The position numbers were made by a program, and so were the translations under genes. The notes below the pieces were generated by a model. It searched no databases, was not told the DNA's origin, and worked only from the letters and a program-made list of their open reading frames with translations. Below are positions 10,130-21,245 of a stretch of DNA of 64,000 nucleotides, one piece after another. The stretch is from Hemiscyllium ocellatum. Lineage: Eukaryota. Location: contig NC_083409.1 of assembly GCF_020745735.1 (NCBI RefSeq), forward strand, positions 20,532,098-20,596,097. Direction: 5' to 3'. How positions within the stretch are numbered: position 1 is the first letter of the stretch; each line of letters opens with the position of its first letter.

Positions 10130-13100
10130 TAGGAGCAGAAATCAGCCAATCAGCCCATGGAATCTGCTCTGCCATTTGATCTTGGCAGATATGCTTCTCA
10201 CCCCATTCTCCTGCCTACTCCACAGGAACGTTCGATCCCCTTAGCAATCACAAACCTATCTATCTCTGTCTTAAATACACTCAGTGACCTGGCCTCCAGC
10301 CCACTGTAGCAATGAGTTCCACAGATTCCCCACTCTCTGGCTGAAGAAAGTCCTCCTCATCTCAGCTCGAAAGGTTGGCCCTTCATACTGAGGCTGCACC
10401 TTGGTTACCGAGTCTCTCCTGTTTTTGGAAACATCTTGTCTGCATCCACTCTACGCATGTCTATCAGTATTCTGTAAATTTCAATAAGGTCCCTCATCCT
10501 TCTAAACTCCAGTAAGTACAGACCCAGAGTCCTCAACCGTGCCTCATATGACAAGCCTTTCATCCCCAGGATCATTCTTGTAAATCCCTCCAATGCCAGC
10601 ATGTTGTTTCTTAGAATATGGGTCCCAAATCTGCTCACAATATTCCAAATGCAGTCTGACCAGAGCCTTACACAGCCTCAGCAGTACATCTCTGCTCTTG
10701 TATTCTGGCCCTATTGAAATGAATGCGAACATTTTATTTGCTTCCCAAGCACAAACTGGACCTGCCTGTTAATCTGAAGGGAAACCTGAATGAGGTTTGT
10801 GCTTTAGATTTCCAAAGACTTTCCTCATTTAGAAAACAGTCTTTGCATCTGTTCTTCCTCCCAAAGTGCATACCCTCACACTGTCACACATTGTATTCTA
10901 TCTGCCACTTCTTTGCCCACTCTCCGAGCCTATCCAGGAGCTTTTAAAGCCTTCCCACCTCCTCAACACTACCTGTCCCTCCACCTATCTCATGTCACCT
11001 GCAAACTTAGCAACAATGTCTTCACTTCCTTCATCCAGATTGTTAATGTATAACGTGAATAGTTATGGTCCTAACATTGACACCTGCAGAACTCTACTCG
11101 TCACCAGCGGCCATTGTTCCTCATGCTCTGCTTTATGCCAACCTGCCAGTCCTCAGTCCATGCCAGTACATTGCCCCTAACACTGTGGGTGCTTATCTTA
11201 TGTCAAATGCCTTCTGGAAATCCAAAAAGATTACTTCCTCAGACTCTCTTTTGTCTGATTGGTTCATTGCCTCCTCAAAGAATTCTAACAGATTTGCCAG
11301 GCATGACGTCTCCTTGATGAAGCCATTGCACTTCCAAGTCCTCTGCAATTTCATCCTTAAATTGAAGTCTAAAACCTTACCAACAACTGAGTCCTGGCTA
11401 ACTGGCCGATAATGTCCCATCTTCTACCTCCCTCCATTCTTAAACAGGGGTGGTATGTGAGCCATTTTCCTGTCCCTTGCCCCTACCAAATCCGTCCCCA
11501 CCCCACCTCCACATCCTGACTCCATTGATTCCTGAAAGATCATCTCCAATACCTCCACAATCTCCTCAGTGATCTCCTTCAGAACACACTGGTGTAGTTC
11601 ATCCAGTCTGGGTGAGTTATCCACATTCAGACCTTCCAGCTTCCCCAGTACCGCCTCCTTAGTGATGGCCACTACACTTCCCTCCAACCCCTGACAGTCT
11701 TGAATTACTGGTACACTGCTGGTGTTTTCCATGGTGCAGACTGATGCAAAGTATCTATTCAATTCCTCTGCTATTCCTAATTTTCCTGTTATTCTTTCTC
11801 CAGCCTCACTTTCCAGTGATCCATAGTCTATTTTTGACTCCCTCTTCCTTTTTATACACCTGATAAAACTCCTGCAATCTTCTTTTATATGACTGGCTAG
11901 ATAGCTTCCACATTTCACCTTCTCCACCTTTAATGCTTTTTCAGTTATCCCCTGCAGGTTTTTAAAGGCTTCCTAATCCTCTGGCTTACCACTACTCTCC
12001 ACCACATTGTGTGCTTTTTCTTTTGCTTTTATGCTGTCCTTGACCTCCCCCATCAGCAATGGTTGCCTTGTCCTCCCCTTGGTATGTTTCTTCTTTTTTG
12101 GGATGAGTTCCTGCTCTGCTTCCTGAATTACCCCCAGAAACTCTGCTGTTTGCTGCCCCATCATCTTACCTGCTCGGCTCCCCTTCCAACCAACTCTGGC
12201 CAGCTCCTTCCTCATGTCTTTGGAGTTACCTTTACTCAACTGAAATACTGTTCAATCTGATTGCAGCTTCTCCCTCTCAAACTACAGGGGGAATTCGATC
12301 ATATTATGGTCATTTATCCACAGGGATACTTTCATCTTAAACTCACTCATCATGTTTGCCTCAATACACATCACTGAATCCAGACCTGCCTGTTCCATCA
12401 TGGCTCAACCACAAGCTGCTCCAAAATCCATCTCGTCGACATTCTATGAAATCTTTCCTTGAAATACACTACCCAGTCCACCTATCCATTGAAGTCTGCC
12501 CTGACATTTTCTGTCTCCTGACTGATTTCCTTCCCCACACCCTGATTACTGCTTGGAGACCTGGACATAACTTGCATCAGATTCTTTATTTATTGCAGTT
12601 CCTCAGCTCTACCCACACAGATTCTACACCTTCTAACTCTACATCACTTCTTGCTATTGATTTAATTTCATTTCTCACTAACAAGGCAACTCTTCCACCT
12701 CTGCCCATCTGCCCGTCCTTTTGATGGGACATGTATCCGTGGATATTTAGTTCCCAGCCTGGATCCCCTTACAGCCATGTCTCTGTGATACCCACAACAT
12801 CGTACCTGCCAGTTTCAATCTGCACTACAAGCTCATTGTGTATATTGTGTGCATTAAAGTACAACACCCTCAGCCCTGCATTGACTGCCCTCCTTCCCAT
12901 CATTGTCCCCTTATTTGCTGTGCTTTACGTTCGATTCCTGATCCTTTCTGTACTCTCTGTCCTTTTACATCTTCTAGAAACTTGAATAACCTTTCCTGAG
13001 CCCTCCTCCACTTAACTAGTTTAAATTCCTTGGAAACTCAATTTACCTCAATGTGTGGCATCACTTTTACTCCCTTACTCGGAATGCTTTGTACATTTAG

Positions 13101-13260
13101 ATACAACCTCTTTAAGTTTGTACTATTATTGATTTTCCATGCACTTTCAGGGTTCCTTTGATGTTCAAAACTTCCATCCCTTTCTTTTATTTTCTGGTAA
13201 CAATCAATCCCATCACTAACCGGCAATCCTACCTTCTCCTTTACCTTCCATTTTCTCATT
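10130..13260 (-). mobile_element. CR1 LINE ORF2 fragments (EN/RT) with 3' tail
   Basis: KETSCLANLLEFFEE...VIFLDFQKAFD (11193-11420), LVRLHLEYCEQIWDPY, LKRLYLNVQSIPSK (EN N-terminus, about 13080-13120). Many stops and frameshifts. Confidence 0.85.
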
Positions 13261-13494
13261 TTCCATCCAACTGAACCAAATTACTTTCTCTTTGGGTTGA
13301 GTTCAGGACACTATTTATCATTGAGCCAACATCATTATTACTGTTTGATCTCATTGCTTCTAGTGGGATCTTGCTGTGCAGAAACTGGCTGCCACGTTAC
13401 TGACATTGCAACAGTGACTGCTTGTCAAACAAAACTGTCTGTAAATGTCTTTGGGCGAGCCTGAAGTGTTAAGGGCTGGATTGAAATACAATTA

Positions 13495-14110
13495 GAGTCA
13501 GAGGGATGGACAGCACAGAAACAGACCCTTCGGTCCAACTCGTCCATGCTGACCAGATATCCGAAATTAATCTAGTCCCATTTGCCAGCATTTGGCCCAT
13601 ATCCCTCTAAACTCTTCCTATTAATATACCCATACCTTTTAAATGTTGTAATTGTACCAGCCTTCACCACCTCCTCTGGCAGCTCATTCCATACATTTAA
13701 CACTCTCTGAATGAAAACGTTGTCCCTTAGGTCCTTTTTAAATCTTTCCCCTGTCACCTTCAGCCTATGCCCTCCGGTTCTGGACTCCCCCACTCTGGAG
13801 AAAAGATCTTCTCTATTCACCCTATCTATGCCGCTCATGATTTTATAAACGTCTATACGGTCACCCATCAACCTGCAATGATCCAGGGAAAACAGCCTCA
13901 GCCTATTCAGCCTCTCCCTTTCGCGCAAACCCTCCAACCTTGGCAACATCATTGTAAATCTTTTCTGAACCATTTAAAGATTCACAACATTTTTCCTCCA
14001 GCAGGGAGACCAGAATTGCACACAGTATTCCAAAAGTGCCCTAACCAATGTCCTGTACAGCCGCAACAGCTCCCATCTCCAATAATCAATGCACTGACCA
14101 ATAAAGGAAA
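13495..14110 (-). mobile_element. CR1 LINE 3' end
   Basis: LVRALLEYCVQFWSP..., VQKRFTMMLPRLEGL...YKIMSGIDRVNRE...GYGPNAGKWD on the minus strand. Confidence 0.85.
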
Positions 14111-15259
14111 GCAAAGCAAATGACTTTGTCACTTCCCTACCTACCTGCAACTTCATCTTCAAGGAACTAATCTTCATTTTTTGGATGAACTGAGAGTCTT
14201 TCAGTTGTGAAAGATGCCATTCCATGGCACTATTGGATGAAGAGCAGGCAGTTCCCCCTGGTGTCCCTGGTCAATATTTATCCCCCAGTCAAAATCACTA
14301 AAAATCTATTTCTCTGCTAATTATCACATGGGGTTTGGGATCTTGCTGTGCACAGTCTGCTAGAAAGATCCATTGGGACATCCTGAGCTGGGAGCAGGTG
14401 CTACACAAATGCAAGTCTTTCTTTAAGGGTTGGAGTCTCCTGATCCGGATCCTCATCCATTTTCTGCGCACTCTCACCTTCCGGGGTCATGAGGTCATTA
14501 GGAGCAGTGACCCTGACCCTAGGACACTGAGACTCTTTGCAGCCTCACCCTTGACCTCAGCCCAATAGTGTGCAGAAAGGTTTGAAATATAATCTAGAAC
14601 CTTCTACACAGACACCCCAATGTGACTATTTCCTGACGTGTGTGGATCCGAGTCTGCTCCAATGTTCTCGGACAAAGTTCTCCTGATCTGTGGGTGATCG
14701 GAGGTTTGTTAAAGAGAGATCGAGCTCCATCCTACTTTCTAGCTCTTGCTCCATAGCTCTGGAGGTTTCGCTGTTTCAAGTGAATACCTAAGTGTTTTTT
14801 CAATGTGATGAGTGTTTCTGACTCTCCCACTCTTTCAGACAGTGAGTCCCACATCCCACCAGCCTCTGGGTGAAAACAAATACCCTCAACTCCCCTCTAA
14901 TCCTTCCCCCAACTGATTTCAATCTCTCCCCAGGGTTATTGCCCTCTGTGCTGGTGGAAATCAGTCCTTCCTACACACTCTGTCCAGGCCCCTCCTTATT
15001 TACACACCACCATCAAATCTTCCCTCAGCCTCCTGCGATCCAAAGAAAACATTCCCAGCCAATCCAATCATTCCTCAAAGCTCAAAGTCCCCATTCCAGA
15101 TAAACTCTTCCTCTGTCCTGGTCTCCTGTGGGATCACATCCTTCCTGTAATGTGGTGACCAGAACCATACACTGTTCCCTCACTGTGCTCTAACTGGGGT
15201 TTTACACAGTTCCAGAATAAACAAACTCCTTGCTTTCACAGTCAACCAAAAATGAGATA

Positions 15260-15590
15260 AGGGAGGTGATGGTCTAATGGTGTTATTGCTGAGCTGTTAA
15301 TCCAGAGATCCAGATAATGTTCTGGGGACCAGGGTTAGAATCCAGCAGATGGTGGCATTCAAATTCAATCAAAACAAAATCTGCAATTTAGAGTATAATG
15401 ATGACCATGAAACCATCGTTGATTGTTCGGAAAAGATGCCATCTGATTCCCTAATGTCCTTTAGGGAAGGAAACTGCCATCCTTACCGTGTGACCCCAGA
15501 CCCACAGCAATGTGGGTGACTCTAAACTGTCCTCTGGGTGATTAGGGATGGGCAATAAATGCTGCTGATCCAGCAATGCCCTCATTCCAT
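15260..15590 (+). mobile_element. tRNA-derived shark SINE (second family)
   Basis: gggaggtgatggtctaatgg head and body tcctttagggaaggaaactgccatcctt...gggatgggcaataaatgctg. A near-identical copy lies at about 58090-58390. Confidence 0.65.
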
Positions 15591-16730
15591 CAAGGGAAAA
15601 AGAAAAACAGTTTCTCCCATGTGTCTTCTTAACCACCTCACTGACCTGCATTAATCACCATGGCCACATCTTCCACCTCCACACACGTCTGACTTCCAGC
15701 TTCAAACCGACGAGAGACATTCCTTCATTATCTGAGAAACAGATCGAAAAATCAAACACAGGAGCAGCAGTAGGCCATTCGGCCCTTCAGACCTGCTCCA
15801 CCATTCAATATGCTCATGGCTGATCATCCAACACAGTCCCCTGTTATGCTTTCTCCCCACATTCTTTGATCCCTTTAATCCTAAGAACTATATCTAATTC
15901 CTTCTTTAATACACATTGCATCTAATTCCCTTTTGCTGGAAAAATGGATGACAATTATTGAGTTGTTGTCTGTTGACCAGTATGGACGCAATTTGCTGAT
16001 GAGCCTTTTCGGTCTCTATGAATCTTTGACCCTATTAATATATATTATGAATAACTGGGTACCAAGGACTGATCCCTGTGACACCCTAAGTTGTAATTAC
16101 CTGCCATTCAGAAAAAGACTCCTTCTTTCTGTGCTGTTGGCCAACCAGTACCCAATCCATGTCAGGACATGGTCCCAATCCTCTTGTTCATTTGGTCTAG
16201 ATCTGGAAGTCCCACCTTTACTCTTTGTAGGAACAGATTCTGAATGATCTCTGACTCGTCCTTCGAGGGCTCCCACTGCCCTGACACTGATTTCCCATCA
16301 TGTCACTGCTTCCAGTCCACTTTTACCAAAGCACCACACAGTTTAGTTAAATGAAAACTTTTACACTTACTGCACTTCCATCCATAGTCTCAATCTCACT
16401 GAGTTTTGAGCACCGTCGCTGAAATGCTCCCCCAGTGATAACCCTTCCAGTTGCTCACAGTCATTCCATAAACAATGGTCTAAAACTGTCCCTTCTCTCT
16501 CTGCTGCTTCACCATCACCTTCTCAGGAGCAATTAGGGATGGGCAATAAATGCTGGCCCTGCCAGTGACCCTCACATTCCCAAGAAGCAATTTGAGCAAT
16601 GCCTGTTCATTTGTCAGGTTTATTCTGTATTGACCAAAAATGTTCAAAAAGATTGTAATGCCAGTGAATATTGTGAAGGTTGAATTCCCTTTGAATGACA
16701 GGGATTAAAATTGCTCCTCTTATCTTTCAG

Positions 16731-17058
16731 GCCGTGAGAACTCTCAGCCCAAGCTGACCCTGCTGCCTCCCTCCCTGGAGCAGGTCAATACCAAGGGCAT
16801 GCCACCCTGGTGTGTCTTGCCAATCACTTCTATCCCGATGAGCTGGAGGTGCAGTGGAAGAAGGATGGTGCAGTCATTTCGGACGGGGTTCAGACCAGCA
16901 ACTACCTGCGAGCTTCGGACAGCACCTACAGTGTCAACAGCCTGCTGACCCTCTCCGGGTCTGACTGGGAGTCCAATGCTCGCTTCTCCTGTGCCCTCAC
17001 CCACGTGACCCTCCCCTCTCCCCTCAGCAAGCGCATCAGGAGATCAGAATGTGTGTAG
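16731..17058 (+). pseudogene. Ig kappa-type light-chain constant exon with a 1-nt frameshift
   Basis: Acceptor tatctttcag|gc is phase-compatible with the J donor. (S)RENSQPKLTLLPPSLEQVNTKG is followed by ggc-at-gcc (16796-16803), which shifts frame before ATLVCLANHFYPDELEVQWKKDG...YSVNSLLTLSGSDWESNARFSCALTH...SECV*. C1-set Cys/Trp motifs are intact. Confidence 0.93.
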
Positions 17059-17587
17059 AGTGTTCGCGACAGTCCACAGAGGAGACACAACTTTAAATAG
17101 GACAGGGCTGAGCTGGCAGGACAAAGGTCATAGTCAGCACTGAATTTCAACTCTCTTCCTTCTCAGGACTGCTCAGAGAACCTTCTGAGGTTTGCATGTT
17201 AAAGCAGGTCATTGTGACAGTGTCGAGGGAGCTTTACGCGATGTCAAACGTCATGCTGTACCTTGTCCTGGGAGTGTTTGATGGGGACATGGTTGACTTG
17301 TGATGCCAAGTAAAATCTCTTGAAGTTGCTGAAGACTGTCAGCTGTAAAAAACAATGTGGACCTCAGAATTCTCTGCTTCAGTAAACCAGATCTCCTTCC
17401 TGCTTAGCTGTCAGTTCCAATTTAAGGTTTGGTCACTGTTTAAAGGGACAGGATTATCATGTTATTGAGAAAATCTCCACAAGTGTTTTTCTCAAGCTCC
17501 AATGTGTCTATGAATTTGAGCAGCTTCCTCTGTCTGGGCTGTTAATTGCAGTTGTTTTTTTTCTGTCAATGTAAATCTGGAAAAGGG

Positions 17588-17593
17588 AATAAA
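17588..17593 (+). terminator. Polyadenylation signal of the light-chain gene
   Basis: AATAAA about 530 nt after the stop codon. It is conserved in the inverted copy (TTTATT at 28283-28288). Confidence 0.75.
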
Positions 17594-17964
17594 GGTGAAG
17601 ATTCAGTCTCTGTCTCTGTGCGCTTTGGAAATAGATGACCTCCCCCCCACCTCAGTTGATTGGCTGCATTTCAGCAGGTCATTGTCAAGATTGGCTGGTT
17701 GGCCTGTCAATCAATTACAATCAGCAATCGTTAATCATTTTCAAATGATCCCTTTGATCAGGGATTTGTGTAGGTTACAAGATTTCAAAAAGAACAGAAA
17801 CTGAAAGCTGTTAGGACTCAATAAGTACAATCTGATGCATTCCCTCTTCACTTTGTTGGTCCAGGCCCAGCTGATGGGATCGTACTGTGCAACCTCTGCT
17901 ACATGTTGGGTAGCTGCTGAAACAATCTTCTGCCATTCACCAACATTGTCGACCTTATGTGTCT

Positions 17965-18257
17965 CTCTGAGCGTGTGTTTAACTTAATGTTGCCTGTAGG
18001 TCTCTGAGTGTGGGTGTGTTACTCAGTGAGACACCCACAGACAGCACTGAGTAACAACACCCACATTCGGAGACTCCTGCAGGCAGCATGGAGTGTGAGC
18101 ATGTTACTCAGTGCTGCTCTCTCTCAGAGTGAGCGTGTTACTTAGTGCTGCCTGTAGGTGTCTCTCTCAGTGTGAGTGTGTTACTTAGTGCAGCCTGTAG
18201 GTGTCTCTCTCAGTGTGAGTGTGTTACTTAGTGCTGCCTGTAGATGTCTCTCTGAGG
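17965..18257. repeat. 43-bp minisatellite with one inverted unit
   Basis: Unit gtgagtgtgttacttagtgctgcctgtaggtgtctctctcagt starts at 18129, 18172 and 18215. Degenerate units lie upstream and an inverted unit at about 18040-18088. Confidence 0.85.
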
Positions 18258-18339
18258 TCTGTGTCTCCGAGCGATGGATTGAGAATGGGCTTTGTGCTGG
18301 GGATTGAAGATTAGGCTTTAATCTTCTCAAATCATGAAT

Positions 18340-19525
18340 GAAAAACAGTTCAGGCTTGTGCCCGAAACGTCGAACTTCCTGTTCCTTGGATGCTGCCTGA
18401 CCTGCTGCACATTAACCAGCAACACAAAGCCACAGATTCCCATATCTAACTGGACCACACCTCCTCCCATTCAGTATCCTGCAAGAACTCCATCCCATTC
18501 TTCCAATTCCTCTGCCTCCTCCCCATCTGCTTAGATGAGGAGACCTTCCACTGATCATAGATGTCCAACTGTTACGAACAACGTGCTTTTCCTCCTTCTT
18601 TCATCCAACGCTCTCCTCCCTTTCCCACTCCACTGCTCTTAATCCAGCCCCCTCCAAACACAATTAAAACAGAGTCCCCATTGTCCTCACCTATCAGCCC
18701 ACCAATCTCCGTATCCAAAACATCATCCTTAAACACTTCTTCTAACTCCAACTAGACCACACCACCAAATACATCTTCCTCTCCCCACCACTGGATGCCT
18801 TCCATGAGGACCATTCTCTTTGACAATTCTTGGTTTGCGTCACTCTCCCACCCACCCTTCCGAACCCCAGGTACCTTCCCTGCTACTCAAAACGATGCAA
18901 AGTCTGCTGGTACCCTAATCCTCACCTCCATCCAGGGCACCAAGCAGTCCTTCCAGGTGAGACAGAGGTTCACCTGCCTCTCCTCCAACCTAATTCACTG
19001 CATCAGGTGCTCCCGATGTGGTCTTCTCTACATCGGGAAGACCAAACATAAACTTAGGGAATGGTTCACCAAGCATCTTAGCTGGGCCCGGAGGGGCTGA
19101 CTTGACCTCCCAGTCACTATCTATTTTAATTCCCCTTCCCACTCCCTTTCTGAAATGACCATCCTTGGCCTCCTCCATTGACACAACAAACCAAACTGCA
19201 AATTGGAGGAACAACACCCCATATTACGCCTGGGCGGCCTACAGCCCAGAGGACTCAACATTGAGTTCTTCAATTTCATATAACCACCGTTCCCACTCCC
19301 CTGTCTCCCTTCCAAATCTCTCTCCCTCCCTTCCACTCCTTCCTGCCAGCTACCACATTCATTCCTCCCATTGACCAACCAGGTCATAACCTCTACCTGT
19401 CATCACCAATCCCCACTTCATCATCCTGTCCCTGCCACCCCCTTTATCTTAGCTCTCCCTACACCCACCCCACCCCACCCCACCCTCATTCCTGAAAAAG
19501 AGTTACACGCCGAAATGTCAACTAG
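18340..19525 (+). mobile_element. Penelope-like retroelement fragment (RT C-terminus, GIY-YIG endonuclease, pLTR)
   Basis: ORF 18795-19100 SFQVRQRFTCLSSNLIHCIRCSRCGLLYIGKTKHKL is a PLE GIY-YIG motif. Degenerate hammerhead core cctgaaaaag...ccgaaatgtc at about 19494-19519. The pLTR resumes at about 20158 after the SINE dimer. Confidence 0.85.
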
Positions 19526-19526
19526 A

Positions 19527-19832
19527 GTGGCACGGTGGCTCAGTGGTTAGCACTGCTGCCTCACAGCACCAGGCACCTGGGTTCAATTCCTGTCAGTCTA
19601 TGTGGAGTTTGCACATTCTCCCCGTATCTGCATGGGTTTCCTCAGAGTGCTCCAGTTTCCTCCCATAATCCAAAAATGTGCAGGTCAGGTGAATTGGCTG
19701 TGCTAAACTGCCCACAGTGTTAGTTGTGTTAGTCAGGGGTAAATATTGAGTAGAGGAATAGGTTTGGGCGGGTTGCTCTTCGGAGAGGCTGTGGAGACTT
19801 GTTGGGCTGAAGGGCCTATTTCCACACTGTAG
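19527..19832 (+). mobile_element. HE1-type (V-SINE) shark SINE, copy 1
   Basis: ggcacggtggctcagtggttagcactgctgcctcacagc (A box), gggttcaattcc (B box), V-domain tgtggagtttgcacattctcccc and CR1-like tail gggctgaagggcc. Confidence 0.88.
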
Positions 19833-19836
19833 AGAA

Positions 19837-20157
19837 GGGGGCAGCATGGTGGCTCAGTGGTTAGCACTGCTGCCTCACAGCACCAAGGTCCCAGGTTTGA
19901 TTCCAGCCTTGGACGACTGGCTGTGTGGATTTTGCACATTCTCCCTGTGTCTGCATGGGTTTTCTCCGGGTGCTCTGGTTTCCTCCCACAGTCCAAAGAT
20001 GTGCAGATCAGGTGAATTGGCCATGATAAATTGCCCATCGTGTTAGGTGCATTAGCCAGAGGGGAAATGGGTCTGTGTGGGTTACTGTTTGGGGTCAGTG
20101 TGGACTGGTTGGGCTGAAGGGCCTGTTTCCATACTGTCGGGAATCTAATCTAATCTA
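19837..20157 (+). mobile_element. HE1-type SINE, copy 2 (head-to-tail with copy 1)
   Basis: Same architecture as copy 1, ending in (aatct)n. Confidence 0.88.
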
Positions 20158-21099
20158 CTCTGCTGCCTGGCTTGCTGTGTTCCTCCAGCCTCCTCCAGCC
20201 TTACATTGAATGTAAACAGCAGGAAACGGCTGAACAATCAAGTATCAGGGCCATAAACAAATGGGACATGAAACAGATAGATGCATTGAGGTGGTCATTC
20301 ACAAAGAGAAAACCAAACTGGAAATGAAACATTCAGACACCGTGGACCGAATTTAATATCAGAAAATGTGAGACCATGCACTTTGGTCAGAATAATCTAA
20401 AGGCCGACTATTATTTAAATTGTGAGAGATTCCAACAAAGTGCAGTACAGAGTGATCTGGGTGTTCTTGTGCATGGGACACTGAAAGTTAGTGCAGGTAC
20501 AGCAAGGAATTGAGAAGGCAAATGGAATTTTCACCTTTATTGCTGTGGGTTGGAATTTAAAAGTAGAGAAGTCTTGTTAAAACTGTACAGTGTGTTAGTG
20601 AGCCTGCATTTGGATTATTGTGTGCAATTTTGGTCCCTGTATTTAAGAAAAGATGGACAGCCATTGGAGTCTCCCTCCTGCTCCTATTTCCTCTGTTCTT
20701 GTGTGCTCCAGTGTCCTTCCCTCACAGCAGAGCTGGTTGGAGCCTGCCAGCAGTAACAGCCTCCAGTCTCTGGGTGGTGCTGCCAAATGATCTGCCTTGC
20801 CCAGGCTGTCACAGTTCCCACGTTACAACAATATCAGAAGTATTCCATTGGCTGCAAAACATTTTCAAACATCTAATGTTCAAGGACGGTATAACAGAAA
20901 TATAATTCTCTCTCTTTTTATATTTTATCTCCATGACTTCCCACCTATTACCTAACAACATTCTACACTTGTGTCAAGTCCAGAATTAATCATGAATCTC
21001 TGGGAGAGCTTAATCTATGACAACACTGGTATTAATGACCACATCCTCAGTGGGCTTTGTGGGTGAAGGTCAATAGCAGTCTCATTGTGACTTGATCTG

Positions 21100-21245
21100 A
21101 GTTGGTCTGAGTCAGTCAGTGTTATTGTTCTGGGTAGAGACAGTACTGACCAACCTCAGACCCTGTGATCTGATTGAGATGAAGGGTTAGTTGTGCAGGG
21201 CTTTCACACCTGGCTCACACACAGAAGGAAGCAGGGATTCCCCAT
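21100..21245. promoter_or_regulatory. Candidate 3' enhancer of the light-chain gene
   Basis: AP-1 TGAGTCA 21108-21114, E-box CACCTG 21207-21212, Ets-like AGGAAG near 21226 and consensus NF-kB GGGATTCCCC 21234-21243, in sequence I do not recognise as a repeat. Motif evidence only. Confidence 0.35.

Noticed and set aside
19527-19600. tRNA gene (also 19837, 56275, 15260, 58090)
   Set aside because: These are A/B-box heads of SINEs followed by SINE bodies, with no complete cloverleaf or acceptor stem.
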